A DNA stretch of 64,000 nt from a virus: the IMG/VR virus record IMGVR_UViG_3300046786_000331, positions 32,001-96,000 of that record, one strand, 5' to 3'. Numbering within the stretch: position 1 is the first letter of the stretch; every line of letters begins with the position of its first letter. The notes beneath the pieces are model-generated. The model saw only the letters and a list, made by a program, of their open reading frames with translations. It ran no database searches and was not told the DNA's origin. Positions 46,895-57,172 of this stretch are shown here, piece by piece. The translations under genes were made by a program, and so were the position numbers.

Positions 46895-47271
46895 TGAATT
46901 ATCAAGCAATGGACGAAGTTGTCTTTGACGGCATTCGTTTTCTTGAAAGCCTTACTCGATGCTACGGTCCTGAAAAGGGCATGGAAGTGTGGGAAGCAAT
47001 GGGTCATGCAGTAGGCGACGATATTAAAGGCAAAGTGTTCTTTAGTATGCTTACTGGTGAGTCTAGCAATCGAGTCCGTGTGCAAAAAGGTACCTGTAAT
47101 CAAGCAGTTGCCGCTATCAAAGCTATACGTATAGGTACTGGACTCGGTCTTAAAGACGCTAAAGATGCTTGGGACTTGAGTGCTATAAAAGTAGTAACTC
47201 TAGATGTAGCACACGAAGAAAAGCGTGAAATGGTTAACACATTGAGAAGCCTGGGGATGATTATATCATGA
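46894..47271 (+). CDS. protein with ribosomal L7/L12 C-terminal-like domain
   Basis: VAAIKAIRIGTGLGLKDAKD. Confidence 0.7.
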   Translation: MNYQAMDEVVFDGIRFLESLTRCYGPEKGMEVWEAMGHAVGDDIKGKVFFSMLTGESSNRVRVQKGTCNQAVAAIKAIRIGTGLGLKDAKDAWDLSAIKVVTLDVAHEEKREMVNTLRSLGMIIS

Positions 47272-47576
47272 GCGTTGAATACACATTCATTGGTTGGTGT
47301 CGTGACGAAGAAGCCAACGCTGACAAAGTCTGGGGCATTATGAAACTTAATGGCGACAACTGGAACGGTAGCTATGTTAGCTTCTGGGGACGTCGTGGTA
47401 AGAAGTTACAGACTAAGTTGCACAAGGACGAAGTCTTGTGGGGCATGGAACGTATGGCAGATAAGAAGATGGACAAGGGTTACAAAAAGATCGACAAAGA
47501 CAAGCTCGATACTGTGTATCCCGAGTTTCAATCAGACTTAGAAAAGACTGCATTCTGGAATATGTTTAAGGTATAA
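47268..47576 (+). CDS. WGR-domain-like protein
   Basis: DKVW...FWGRRG...KKMDKGY. Confidence 0.65.
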   Translation: MSVEYTFIGWCRDEEANADKVWGIMKLNGDNWNGSYVSFWGRRGKKLQTKLHKDEVLWGMERMADKKMDKGYKKIDKDKLDTVYPEFQSDLEKTAFWNMFKV

Positions 47577-47577
47577 T

Positions 47578-47877
47578 ATGAGTTACTATAACGACATTCC
47601 AGAACACACAAAAGAAGCATTGATGAACTATTTCAATCACTGCTGGGAACCTGGCAGCTTTTTGATGTCGGTATTAACTAACGATCTATATGGTGCTGCT
47701 AGTAGAGCAGATCATATTAATCGTCAAGAGCTTGCTAAAATTGCTATGTGGGTGATTAATGAAGCACCCTACGGTAGTTATGGTGATCACGAAACAGTTA
47801 AGGATTGGCTTAACAAAGGTTACTTTCAACAATTGTATGAAAAGAAACTTGTAATGAAAATTCTTAGCACAGAATAA
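47578..47877 (+). CDS. conserved phage hypothetical protein
   Basis: PGSFLMSVLTNDL..A..RAD..N. Confidence 0.75.
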   Translation: MSYYNDIPEHTKEALMNYFNHCWEPGSFLMSVLTNDLYGAASRADHINRQELAKIAMWVINEAPYGSYGDHETVKDWLNKGYFQQLYEKKLVMKILSTE

Positions 47878-47889
47878 CAGGGAGTTATT

Positions 47890-48234
47890 ATGGGCGAAAC
47901 AGATGAGTACAGTGATATGAAACGATATGTAACATTCGACATAGAATCCTGCGATATAAAAGAAATAGACATGACTGCGTGGGAAGAGGATACATCGTAC
48001 AGTAAAAAAGAAAAACCTTTTTCATACGAATCTATGCTTACCGGGGTAATGGATCATCTGGAAGCTACAGGTGGAGTAGAATTTGCAATACTAAAAGATC
48101 CTGAACTGGGTCGGTGGTGGAGCAAGAAAGTAAAAAAGCGTGAAGAAAATCGCAAGCTAAAAGAAGCTAAAGAGAAACTTTATGCTACAATGACAGCTGA
48201 AGAATTAAAAATTCTCGGAATTAGAAAACAATGA
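47890..48234 (+). CDS. hypothetical protein
   Basis: SD GGAG. Confidence 0.7.
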   Translation: MGETDEYSDMKRYVTFDIESCDIKEIDMTAWEEDTSYSKKEKPFSYESMLTGVMDHLEATGGVEFAILKDPELGRWWSKKVKKREENRKLKEAKEKLYATMTAEELKILGIRKQ

Positions 48235-48701
48235 CAACACCAAAATTGTATATGTTGATAGGCGTACCAGGTAGCGGTAAAAGCACATGGATCGCCGATC
48301 AAGAATGGGCTACTGATATTCCTGTTGTTAGTAGCGATAAGTTCATCGACGAATATGCTGCCAAAGAAGGTAAGACTTATAACGAAGTCTTTGAGGAATA
48401 TGCACCTATTGCAGTACGTCTGATGGAAAATCAGGTATTGATTTGTAAGGCAAATAATTCAGATATTATTTGGGATCAAACTAACACTAGTGTAAAGACT
48501 CGAAAGAAGAAATTAGCTATGTTAGAAGGCTATGAAAAAATTGCTGTTGTGTTCCGCACTCCTAACAAGGTAGAACACGATCGCAGGCTAGCTAATCGCC
48601 CAGGTAAGGCTATACCTGCAAATGTTATGACAGTAATGATTAACAGCCTTGCAGAGCCAACTGAAGAAGAAGGCTTTAAAGAAATCTGGTACGCATCTTG
48701 A
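48231..48701 (+). CDS. P-loop kinase (Pnk/AAA_33-like)
   Basis: GVPGSGKST, SSD, DQTN...R. Confidence 0.85.
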   Translation: MTTPKLYMLIGVPGSGKSTWIADQEWATDIPVVSSDKFIDEYAAKEGKTYNEVFEEYAPIAVRLMENQVLICKANNSDIIWDQTNTSVKTRKKKLAMLEGYEKIAVVFRTPNKVEHDRRLANRPGKAIPANVMTVMINSLAEPTEEEGFKEIWYAS

Positions 48702-48736
48702 CATAGATACAATTTGGTGTTATACTAGGAATTAAC

Positions 48737-49282
48737 ATGAAAACATATATAACATCAGATTTACACTTTGGGCATAAGAACATTATGAAGTTCTGCCCAG
48801 TTACACGAGCACGGTTTCGTGATGACGTTGCCTACATGAACAGTATGATGATTAAGGAATGGAACGATTTAATCGAACCAGACGACTTAGTCTATATCTT
48901 AGGTGACGTTGCGTTTATGTCAGGCAGTGATGCCGGACGTATTATGCACGGATTGAACGGTACAAAGATCTTAATCGAGGGTAACCACGATCGTAAGACT
49001 TTAATGGATGCTACCTTCCGTAGTGCGTTTAAGGAAGTTCACTCTTACTTAAACATTACCTACGACGGACACAAGATTGCTATGTTCCACTATCCTATTG
49101 CAGAATGGGATCAGATGCACAGAGGTGCTTTACACTTCTACGGTCACTTACACGGTGGCGACAGTGGATTAGAAAAGTATCGATGCCGAGACGTAGGCAT
49201 GGATGCTACAGGAATGATTGCTGTTACATTAGACTGGGCAATCGCTAACGTTAAGAACAATGAAATTAAAGGACATCACTAA
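48737..49282 (+). CDS. calcineurin-like phosphoesterase
   Basis: SDLHFGH, LGD, GNHD, HYP, GHLH. Confidence 0.9.
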   Translation: MKTYITSDLHFGHKNIMKFCPVTRARFRDDVAYMNSMMIKEWNDLIEPDDLVYILGDVAFMSGSDAGRIMHGLNGTKILIEGNHDRKTLMDATFRSAFKEVHSYLNITYDGHKIAMFHYPIAEWDQMHRGALHFYGHLHGGDSGLEKYRCRDVGMDATGMIAVTLDWAIANVKNNEIKGHH

Positions 49283-49791
49283 TGGATATCGTTGAAAAAG
49301 CTCGTATCTTTGCAACTGCCGCTCATGCTGCAATTGATCATCGTCGTAAGTATACCAATGAACCCTACATTGTTCATCCTCGACAAGTTGCACAATTTGT
49401 AGAGACTGCTGGTGGTACACCTGAGATGATTGCTGCTGCCTGGATGCACGATGTATTGGAAGATACGGCTGTGACTCCAGAAGCCATGAGAGAAGAGTTT
49501 GGCGATTCTGTTACAGATTTAGTCTTATGGGTTACAGATGTAAGCAAGAAGGAAGATGGCAATCGTGCTACACGAAAAGCCATCGACCGTCAACACATTG
49601 CATCTGCTCCTGGAGAAGCTCATACTATTAAGTTGGCTGATATTATCAGTAACTGTTCTAGCATTATGATGCACGATGAAGACTTTGCTAAGGTTTACTT
49701 TGAAGAAAAGCGTTTGCTTCTAGAAGTATTAATAAAAGGCAATGAAGGATTGTACAACTACGCCACAAGGTTGGTGCTAAATGAAGACTGA
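49282..49791 (+). CDS. HD-domain (SpoT/Mesh1-like) hydrolase
   Basis: AH...RK...PYIVHP, HDVLEDT, IKLAD..SN. Confidence 0.85.
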   Translation: MDIVEKARIFATAAHAAIDHRRKYTNEPYIVHPRQVAQFVETAGGTPEMIAAAWMHDVLEDTAVTPEAMREEFGDSVTDLVLWVTDVSKKEDGNRATRKAIDRQHIASAPGEAHTIKLADIISNCSSIMMHDEDFAKVYFEEKRLLLEVLIKGNEGLYNYATRLVLNED

Positions 49792-50047
49792 TCCTTGCTT
49801 CAAAGGATGGAACGACCCGGAGTTAAACACTGCGGGTCGTTGCTGTTGTAACTGTAGATATCAAAAACCTATAGTTGGACATCCTTGGAATACTCACGAG
49901 TTGACAAAAGGCAGTATTACTCGTACAATAGGTTACGGTTGTAATGCGCCGGAACTAGGATCAATTGTATTTTTTGAATTTGAGCATAGCATGTGCGAAA
50001 TGCACGAATTTAAAAACAATGTCTATCAACTAGAAAGCGTCAAGTAA
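49781..50047 (+). CDS. Cys-rich hypothetical protein
   Basis: CCCNC. Confidence 0.6.
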   Translation: MKTDPCFKGWNDPELNTAGRCCCNCRYQKPIVGHPWNTHELTKGSITRTIGYGCNAPELGSIVFFEFEHSMCEMHEFKNNVYQLESVK

Positions 50048-50253
50048 TGTTTAGTTTCTTTAAATGCAATCACCCTGCTGACTATCTTGTAGTCGAAAAG
50101 GATCAAACTGTTGTCAATCATGACGAAGACTTTGATTATATTGACTATCATTTTATTTGTATGAAGTGCGATAAGCCTGTTACAATAGGCTATGCTAAAA
50201 TGGTTGGCGGAGTAGAAGCATATATTGAAAGAGGCCGAAAGAAATATGTTTAA
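50047..50253 (+). CDS. hypothetical protein
   Basis: CNH...CMKC. Confidence 0.6.
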   Translation: MFSFFKCNHPADYLVVEKDQTVVNHDEDFDYIDYHFICMKCDKPVTIGYAKMVGGVEAYIERGRKKYV

Positions 50254-51151
50254 AGACAAGTTAAAAGAGTATGTAGAAACCAGTAACTTAGTTAACATGA
50301 AAGAGTGTGGCGATGGTATCTACGTGCTAAAGTACAAGAAAAAAGTCTTCTACGATAATCTGTGGAATGAGTATATTGCTGAATGTCGTGGAAGCATTGT
50401 GGACAAGGATTTCAATTTAGTTGCTTATCCATTTACAAAGATCTACAACTATGGTATTGAAAAAGAAGCACCAGTACTTGCTCTAGATACCAAGGTAACT
50501 GCCCACCGCAAAGTAAACGGCTTTATGGTTGCTATGACTTGGTATAACCACGACATCCTTGTATCTACTACAGGATCTACAGATAGTCCATATGTTGATA
50601 TGGCCAAGGAAATGATGTTGACTCACAGTTCTTTAGCTGATTGGCATATAGCATTTTGTGACGATGAACTAGAAGGCATGACTGTGATGTTCGAGTGTGT
50701 TCATCCAGATGATCCACACATCGTTCCAGAGAAGCCTGGGTTGTATGTACTAGGTTATCGTGAAAATGAATTTGGTAGCAAGGTAGGTCACGACCCATTT
50801 GTGTTGCAAGATCTTGGACGTATGTTCAACTGCTTTGTGCCAGAAAGCATAACTACTAACATGGCTCAATTGCAGGTGTTGGCAAAGGAATGCAAGCACG
50901 AAGGTTATGTATTCTACACAGACGATGGCGTAAGTGCTAAGATCAAGTCACCATACTACTTGACATCGAAGTGGGTTGCTCGCAATCCACGTACAGACAA
51001 GTTAGTAGACTTGAATAAAGACATCAAGCAGAATCTAGATGAGGAATATTATCCTCTCGTAGACGCTATCCGTGCTAACATTGTTGAGTATACTGCCATG
51101 GACGAGCAAGCTCGACTAGAATGGGTCCGCAACTATCTGGAGGTTGCCTAA
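50246..51151 (+). CDS. RNA ligase, T4 Rnl1-like
   Basis: ECRG, PFTKIYN, KVNG (motif I), FE, EGYV, KIKS..Y. Confidence 0.85.
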   Translation: MFKDKLKEYVETSNLVNMKECGDGIYVLKYKKKVFYDNLWNEYIAECRGSIVDKDFNLVAYPFTKIYNYGIEKEAPVLALDTKVTAHRKVNGFMVAMTWYNHDILVSTTGSTDSPYVDMAKEMMLTHSSLADWHIAFCDDELEGMTVMFECVHPDDPHIVPEKPGLYVLGYRENEFGSKVGHDPFVLQDLGRMFNCFVPESITTNMAQLQVLAKECKHEGYVFYTDDGVSAKIKSPYYLTSKWVARNPRTDKLVDLNKDIKQNLDEEYYPLVDAIRANIVEYTAMDEQARLEWVRNYLEVA

Positions 51152-51374
51152 GGATGAAATGTTTGACTATCCAACAGCATACGAAACCGTTGCTAGAAAA
51201 ATAGAAAAAGGTCCTTGGGAACCTTGGTTCGCTTGGTATCCGATTAAGATCCGTGGCGGCAAAGTTTGGTTGCGTAAAGTTTACCGACGTTGTATCAATA
51301 CCTATGTTGATCACGACGACTGGAAGCATTACGAATACGGTACAATATTTGATATTATTAAGGACGACGAATGA
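51144..51374 (+). CDS. hypothetical protein
   Basis: WFAWYP...GKVWL. Confidence 0.65.
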   Translation: MPKDEMFDYPTAYETVARKIEKGPWEPWFAWYPIKIRGGKVWLRKVYRRCINTYVDHDDWKHYEYGTIFDIIKDDE

Positions 51375-51639
51375 ATTGGACCGCTGGTATATTAGCAATA
51401 ATCTTGCTTTGGATTCCTTGTATCGCTATACTATTATGGATGCATCGATCAAATAAAAAGATCGATCAAGAATACAAAGAGAAATTAGCAGACATTGAAA
51501 AGAGATTCGGAGTTAAGCTGTGAGTTATATTTCAAACAAAGCTGGAACAATTCAGTTTCCCTACGAACCTGGACTGTTAGAATGGTTGGTTGAACATTAT
51601 CCGTTTAGTAAGTATTACCTAGTAGAGGCGGAATAAAAT

Positions 51640-51870
51640 ATGAAAGACATGAAAGGCTATGCTTTTAATGTAGGATGTACCGTTGCTCGAGCAGTTATGT
51701 ACGGAAAGAGTCCTATGATCGACCTATGTACAGTGACTAGAATCGAAAATGGAAAACTATATCTTGACGAAAGTAAGCAGGCCATGCGATTTCCTGAGAG
51801 ATTACTAATTGTCGAACAAGACAAATTATATCGAATGTTAAAAAATCACGAAGAATTAACCGATGACTAG
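51640..51870 (+). CDS. hypothetical protein
   Basis: ORF in operon. Confidence 0.65.
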   Translation: MKDMKGYAFNVGCTVARAVMYGKSPMIDLCTVTRIENGKLYLDESKQAMRFPERLLIVEQDKLYRMLKNHEELTDD

Positions 51871-52057
51871 AATACAAGAACTATTAGATAAAGAAGCCGA
51901 GCTATCTAATCGAGGACAGAATAACGACTTTCGTTGGATTATTCATGCTGAGATTAAACAGCTTCGTGGAACAGATGCTCCTGTATGTTGGGGTGAAGAT
52001 GATTGCTCAACAAATATATTGATGAGATGTCCTTGGAGGATTGATTGTGGTAATTAA
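51863..52057 (+). CDS. hypothetical protein
   Basis: coupled ORF. Confidence 0.6.
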   Translation: MTRIQELLDKEAELSNRGQNNDFRWIIHAEIKQLRGTDAPVCWGEDDCSTNILMRCPWRIDCGN

Positions 52058-52238
52058 TGAACAAGATATCATTTATCGTTTAAGAAAACGTGCTGAGATT
52101 CGCAGACAGATTCCCGGACGTAAGTCTGTAGTAGAGGGAACTCCAGATCGTATTGCTGACTTGTTAGAAGAAGCAGCAGACGAAATGGAACGATTGCGAC
52201 AAATTATCGAGGATCACGATATTAGACTCGATTGTTAA
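52041..52238 (+). CDS. conserved phage hypothetical protein
   Basis: YRLRKRAEIRRQIPGRKSV...DRIADLLEEAA. Confidence 0.7.
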   Translation: MIVVINEQDIIYRLRKRAEIRRQIPGRKSVVEGTPDRIADLLEEAADEMERLRQIIEDHDIRLDC

Positions 52239-52267
52239 AATAGGACCTTCGGGTCCTATTTTTTTGA
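52236..52267. terminator. bidirectional terminator (copy 1)
   Basis: AAAATAGGACC-TTCG-GGTCCTATTTTTTT between convergent genes. Confidence 0.9.
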
Positions 52268-52807
52268 CTATACTAATTCCCAAGGATCTCTGACAAATCT
52301 AAGACTAACGGATATCCGCATTTCATTAGTTGGATTCCATACTTGATGAAGTTGTTTAGTATTAATTAGTGTAGCTGTAGTTAGATGAAACTTATCAACT
52401 TCGTCGATAATAGCATCTTCCGAAAATGTTGTGTATGTTAATCCGTTTGGAAGAACCTGTTCTTGCTTAGTTCCTCTTGACAGTTTATAGAACGAAGTCC
52501 AGCAATCAGTGCAATTTCTCATAGGAAAATTCAAAGCAAGGTCATTACGTTGTGTATCAGTGTGCGGATCTACTTTTTTATTCTGGGGCGGTGTTCTGAT
52601 TAATGCACATACTCGAAGATCCAGATTACTGTTAGCTAACCATGCTTTCAATTGAGGACTATTTGCTAACAATCCGTCTTTGTTAATGTGACTAAATTGC
52701 GAACCGTCGTTGGGCATATTGTGTAAACAATAAGATTGAAGTTCTGCGAGTATGGAATCGTATTCGGGAACCTCGATTGTTTTAAAAAAGAAATTATTTT
52801 TATCCAT
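52268..52807 (-). CDS. cupin/oxygenase-like protein
   Basis: PHTD...ALNFP...HQV.N...RISVSLRF. Confidence 0.75.
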   Translation of the reverse strand: MDKNNFFFKTIEVPEYDSILAELQSYCLHNMPNDGSQFSHINKDGLLANSPQLKAWLANSNLDLRVCALIRTPPQNKKVDPHTDTQRNDLALNFPMRNCTDCWTSFYKLSRGTKQEQVLPNGLTYTTFSEDAIIDEVDKFHLTTATLINTKQLHQVWNPTNEMRISVSLRFVRDPWELV

Positions 52808-52869
52808 TAAATTTGCTATAAATATCGAAGTACACGTATTTATTGCGTCATTATAACCTGGTATTGAAA

Positions 52870-53631
52870 ATGAATGTTATTGGATTAGGAAGCAACAAGA
52901 AACCTTTTGTCTATTTAGACGAACATATGCCTAAGCAGATAGATTGGGCAGGATTACATAATGAAGCAGCCTATGGCATTGCTAAATCAGAGTGGAGTAA
53001 AAGATACGTTTCTAGCGGAGTTCATCCTGATTGGGCTCATTTAGAAATTACTCCTGCTATGAGAAGCGCAGAACAAACATTGACATTAGAACAAAAGTTA
53101 ATACTTCGAGATTTACAGACTACTGACGAAAAGCTAAAGTTCATGGCAGCATTAAAATACATTGCTCATCCATTTTGGTTACTGTATCTAAGAAATAATA
53201 GACGTGTAGAATATTCCGGCATTGCAAATAAGGCAGTAGGAAGAGATTGTGCTTGGACAGAGAATGCCAAATACTTTCCTAAGCTAGTTAAGTTTATAGA
53301 ATCAATGCCCTTTACAGAAATAGGTCGTGTTGTATTCTTTATGACAGAACCAAATAATCAATTAGTTCCACATTATGATGCAGCAGACGAAAATCAAAGA
53401 ATGAATAAACCACCAGATGATTTTATTTGGTTCACTACAAAGCCGGGAACTAAGAAAATGTTTGTAATGGACGGCGAGACTCACGAAAAAGCCTACGCCG
53501 AAGATGCCAAGAAGTTTGTATGGTGGAATGAAATGGACTTTCACGGAACTGAGCCCATTGACCATTTTGCTTTTTCTATCAGAGTAGACGGCAAATTTAA
53601 GCCAGAAGTCTACGAAGCAGTTTTAAAATAA
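52870..53631 (+). CDS. oxygenase-like protein (HxD...H)
   Basis: IGRVVFF...PHYD...NEMDFHG...SIRVDG. Confidence 0.72.
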   Translation: MNVIGLGSNKKPFVYLDEHMPKQIDWAGLHNEAAYGIAKSEWSKRYVSSGVHPDWAHLEITPAMRSAEQTLTLEQKLILRDLQTTDEKLKFMAALKYIAHPFWLLYLRNNRRVEYSGIANKAVGRDCAWTENAKYFPKLVKFIESMPFTEIGRVVFFMTEPNNQLVPHYDAADENQRMNKPPDDFIWFTTKPGTKKMFVMDGETHEKAYAEDAKKFVWWNEMDFHGTEPIDHFAFSIRVDGKFKPEVYEAVLK

Positions 53632-54210
53632 AGCGTAACTAGAATCAGTTGAGTCAATATCAACAATCAAGTGTATTCTTTCTACATTTGAATTGTTTTC
53701 GGCAGCATGTAAATCTCTATTAGCAAGCTGGCACAGCATGCCTTCCGGCATGTGGGTAGGGTTAGATAGTCCAGGACCGAAAAACACCATGTCTTGATGT
53801 GTTATAAACGGTACATGAAACCTATAATGAGCTTGGAAGTACGGACCTGGATCAATATGTTCTCCAATTTTACCCCCTGGTAATAATTTTACAAGCATAA
53901 TTCGTCCTAGTCTAGATCCATTTACTCTATCGTAGATCCAATCGATTAGATCACCAACAGCAGGATACATTGCTCTAGCCCTTGTGTCCATGCAATCAAC
54001 ATAAACAGATAACGCTTCGACAGTATGCGGAGTACCCCAAGGAGCTTTATGCACTCTTAAGTGATTAGTAATGCTGGTTGCAAAGACAGCAGCTTCGCCG
54101 CGTCTATCTGGAATCGGTAAATCATTCCAATCAATATTTAGAACTTCGTTTTTAGCGTTAATAAATAGTTGAGCAGGAACTGTATCTATAATTTTTACAT
54201 GAGGTTTCAT
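53623..54210 (-). CDS. aspartyl/asparaginyl beta-hydroxylase-like
   Basis: LLPGGKIGEHID, RFHVP, LHAAEN, RIHLIVD. Confidence 0.85.
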   Translation of the reverse strand: MKPHVKIIDTVPAQLFINAKNEVLNIDWNDLPIPDRRGEAAVFATSITNHLRVHKAPWGTPHTVEALSVYVDCMDTRARAMYPAVGDLIDWIYDRVNGSRLGRIMLVKLLPGGKIGEHIDPGPYFQAHYRFHVPFITHQDMVFFGPGLSNPTHMPEGMLCQLANRDLHAAENNSNVERIHLIVDIDSTDSSYALF

Positions 54211-54247
54211 GCAAATATTTATTAGGATGTAGTGAGGTTGAAAAATA

Positions 54248-54835
54248 ATGTTAGGCAAAACTGAGTATTACAGAAGTGTACCAATGTCTTCCTTTGAAGA
54301 AGGACACAAGTTAGTCTACGAAGCAAACAAACATCGTTTCGATGTAACAAAGCTAGGAGCTACCGGCATTATTCCTTGGACAAAAGAAAACTTTCCAGGA
54401 ATATTTGATGAAGTAAATGCAATAGGTTCTGCCAGAGGTCAACGTGTCGCACGTTGTAGGTTCTTTGTAACTCCTAAAAACTTTAAATTGAATGTTCATA
54501 CCGATGGACATTTGATGGATATTGATGCCTATGCCTTAAACATTCCGATTGTGTTTGCAGAAGACAATCACTTTATGAATTGGTTTACATATGACGGTGA
54601 ACTAAAAACAGAAACCTCCGATACCTATGCTAATTCAATATCCCCAGCTAAGCCAGAAGAGCTTGTTTTAGCTGCAAAATTAACATTAACAACTCCACAC
54701 TATGTAAAGATAGGAATCTTTCATTCTGTGGACAATCCAGTAGACAAAGAAAGAATAATTTTAAGTATTAGATTTACTGATTCGTTCCCTTTAACTAAAT
54801 TAGAATATGAGCAAAATAACAAACGTACACAGTAA
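54248..54835 (+). CDS. cupin/oxygenase-like protein
   Basis: VHTD...ALNIP...HSV.N...RIILSIRF. Confidence 0.75.
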   Translation: MLGKTEYYRSVPMSSFEEGHKLVYEANKHRFDVTKLGATGIIPWTKENFPGIFDEVNAIGSARGQRVARCRFFVTPKNFKLNVHTDGHLMDIDAYALNIPIVFAEDNHFMNWFTYDGELKTETSDTYANSISPAKPEELVLAAKLTLTTPHYVKIGIFHSVDNPVDKERIILSIRFTDSFPLTKLEYEQNNKRTQ

Positions 54836-55685
54836 TTGGGCAACTCGAATCGAGTTTGATAATCCTAAAGATTTTTTTAATTCTCCTGCAGGCTATTGGA
54901 GAGATATGCTCTATGAAAGAAAGCTACTAATCTTTAAAAAGATGACTTTTTCTAAAGAGGATTATGCAAAGTTTTCGTTAGAATTTGGAAAGCCTTGGGC
55001 TAATCAAGATTATAACTATAGTCAAGAATCAAAAGAAGATGTATTAACCGACAAAGGTGTTATTACATTAAGTCCATTTAGTAATAAAACAAGTCATAGA
55101 ATTAAATTACAGTCTATGCCTTACCATGCTGATATTCCAAATAGAATACACAAGCCATTCCCTCACAGAAGTCTATGGATTACTAAAAATCCTAACCCTC
55201 TTAATTCTGGAATCACCGGTTTCTTAAATATCAGCGAAGAAGCATTTAACTTTTTAACAGACGAGTTGAAAGAACTTCTGCCAAGAGTTACTGTTATTCA
55301 ACAAAGTTGGTACAAAGCAGGAACAGATATTCAAGAATATTCTCTAGTAAAGGTACATCCTATTACAGGAGAAAAATCATTACGCCTTAATTATTACAAC
55401 AAAGGTGAAAATAAAGGTGCATGGATCTGTGGAGTAAAGATTGACGGTGTTCTACAACCTGATTGTTTGCTTATAGAAAAATACATGTGGCATTTATTAA
55501 AGTTTCAAGAACTGCAATACAAGCACACCTGGGACGATTTTGATATTCTAATATACGACAACTATCCGTTCATACATAACAGAAGCGAACTGATTTTAGA
55601 AGGTGGTGATGAAAGACACTTTTATAGAATCAACATCGACCACACAACTAAAGAAGAGTTTTTAGATATTTCCGCCAATCGCTAA
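54807..55685 (+). CDS. TauD/TfdA family dioxygenase
   Basis: YHAD, LVKVHPITGEKSL, W...DILIYDN...HNR. Confidence 0.87.
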   Translation: MSKITNVHSNWATRIEFDNPKDFFNSPAGYWRDMLYERKLLIFKKMTFSKEDYAKFSLEFGKPWANQDYNYSQESKEDVLTDKGVITLSPFSNKTSHRIKLQSMPYHADIPNRIHKPFPHRSLWITKNPNPLNSGITGFLNISEEAFNFLTDELKELLPRVTVIQQSWYKAGTDIQEYSLVKVHPITGEKSLRLNYYNKGENKGAWICGVKIDGVLQPDCLLIEKYMWHLLKFQELQYKHTWDDFDILIYDNYPFIHNRSELILEGGDERHFYRINIDHTTKEEFLDISANR

Positions 55686-56255
55686 CGGATTTCGATACTG
55701 TTGTTTTAAGAAAGTACATCTAACAATAGTATCGTGAGGCAATAAAATTCTGTTAAAAAGAATTTGCCAATGATGTGTATATAGACATTTAGTTTTTGCA
55801 GGAACTAAACACTCGTCAAAATAATCATAGCGTTCGTTTGCCCAGTCGCTAAAGTTAAATCTTCTTAAAAGTTTAGCGTGTTTAGCGTTCCATAGTGTGT
55901 AGAATTTAAACCTACCTGCTTCTTCATTGAACTTAATCATGTGATCCAATAAAGCTCTAGCAATCTCTCTATTTTGCTTTGATCTAATCTGCGTACCATA
56001 CCAAGCAGGTTCGTCTGTACTTTGATAGCAAGAAATTGCTCCAATGATATTGTCGTCTTCATCAAATGCTCCAAACGCATGATAGCTTTTTAAGTCAGAT
56101 AGATATGTAGTACAAAATCCTTTGTGATAAATGCGGGCCATATTTGCTTTGGCAAAGAAGTCCACATCGTCTACGTTTGCTCCCATGTACTTTTGTACAT
56201 CGAATAATGGCTTTAATGCTTCTTCGTGTCCGCTGTTTAGTTTCTTAATAATCAT
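55662..56255 (-). CDS. GNAT-like protein
   Basis: AFGAFD...IIG...IARALLD pattern. Confidence 0.55.
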   Translation of the reverse strand: MIIKKLNSGHEEALKPLFDVQKYMGANVDDVDFFAKANMARIYHKGFCTTYLSDLKSYHAFGAFDEDDNIIGAISCYQSTDEPAWYGTQIRSKQNREIARALLDHMIKFNEEAGRFKFYTLWNAKHAKLLRRFNFSDWANERYDYFDECLVPAKTKCLYTHHWQILFNRILLPHDTIVRCTFLKQQYRNPLAIGGNI

Positions 56256-57172
56256 AAGTTTGCTCTAAGTTGTCTTAATGTTTCTTCTAACGGAATTCCG
56301 TCTATATTAGATTCTAATCGTTTGATTTGATTCATACCGATTTCTTTGTAAGCACTATGATTAAATGCTAACAAACTTTCAAACCCGTGTGTCTTACGCT
56401 TAGGTGTTATATAAGGACACAGGCTTTTTAAAATTCTATTTTTACTTGAAACAGATGTTAATTTATAATTAAATCTATCAGTTACAAGTGATTCAATACT
56501 TGGATTCTCTAAGTAGTACAACAATAGTTCCGGAGTATAACTGAACCATTCGTTTACTAGTGGAACATTAAACTTATTTGTAAAACGCATTGCACTAGCA
56601 TCTTCATTTTCACGGAAAGTATAGTACCAAAAGCTGCCATCTCGATTAACACTTCTTGTTAGTAACGCTTCTCCGCCCATTACCGCAGGGGCACCTATCT
56701 TAAGAATGTTATAGTAGACCATAATATAGGTAATTTGTGTACATTGAAGTTGTTCACCGAAGTCAGTTGCAGCACCTGATTCGAAGAAATCGATAACATC
56801 AAAGTCAATGATTTCTAAATCTAAACCCTTTTCTTCTGCAATTCTTTCTGCTTCCATAACATCGGCAGCATTGTAACCATCTTCAAATTTAATAGTTACG
56901 CATTTAGGTTTAACACCAATTGAAAGAAAGTTGTTTACAACAATTTCACTATCTGTACCGCCACTTAGAAATACAACCAAGTCCTTGCCAAACTCTTGAT
57001 AAACACTATCTGCTGTACGTCTTAATTCGTTTTCGTAATTGCTTGTTCGATATTGATCGGGATCAACAGCTCCCACTGATACTTTAAATTTTTCAAAAGA
57101 CTCTTCACGGTATCCCCATTCTCTTCCACCGATAGAATATTTTAAATGATTATTGAGCGTGAAGTTTGTCAT
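56252..57172 (-). CDS. PP-loop ATP pyrophosphatase (asparagine synthase C-terminal-like)
   Basis: FLSGGTDSE, MGGE. Confidence 0.7.
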   Translation of the reverse strand: MTNFTLNNHLKYSIGGREWGYREESFEKFKVSVGAVDPDQYRTSNYENELRRTADSVYQEFGKDLVVFLSGGTDSEIVVNNFLSIGVKPKCVTIKFEDGYNAADVMEAERIAEEKGLDLEIIDFDVIDFFESGAATDFGEQLQCTQITYIMVYYNILKIGAPAVMGGEALLTRSVNRDGSFWYYTFRENEDASAMRFTNKFNVPLVNEWFSYTPELLLYYLENPSIESLVTDRFNYKLTSVSSKNRILKSLCPYITPKRKTHGFESLLAFNHSAYKEIGMNQIKRLESNIDGIPLEETLRQLRANL

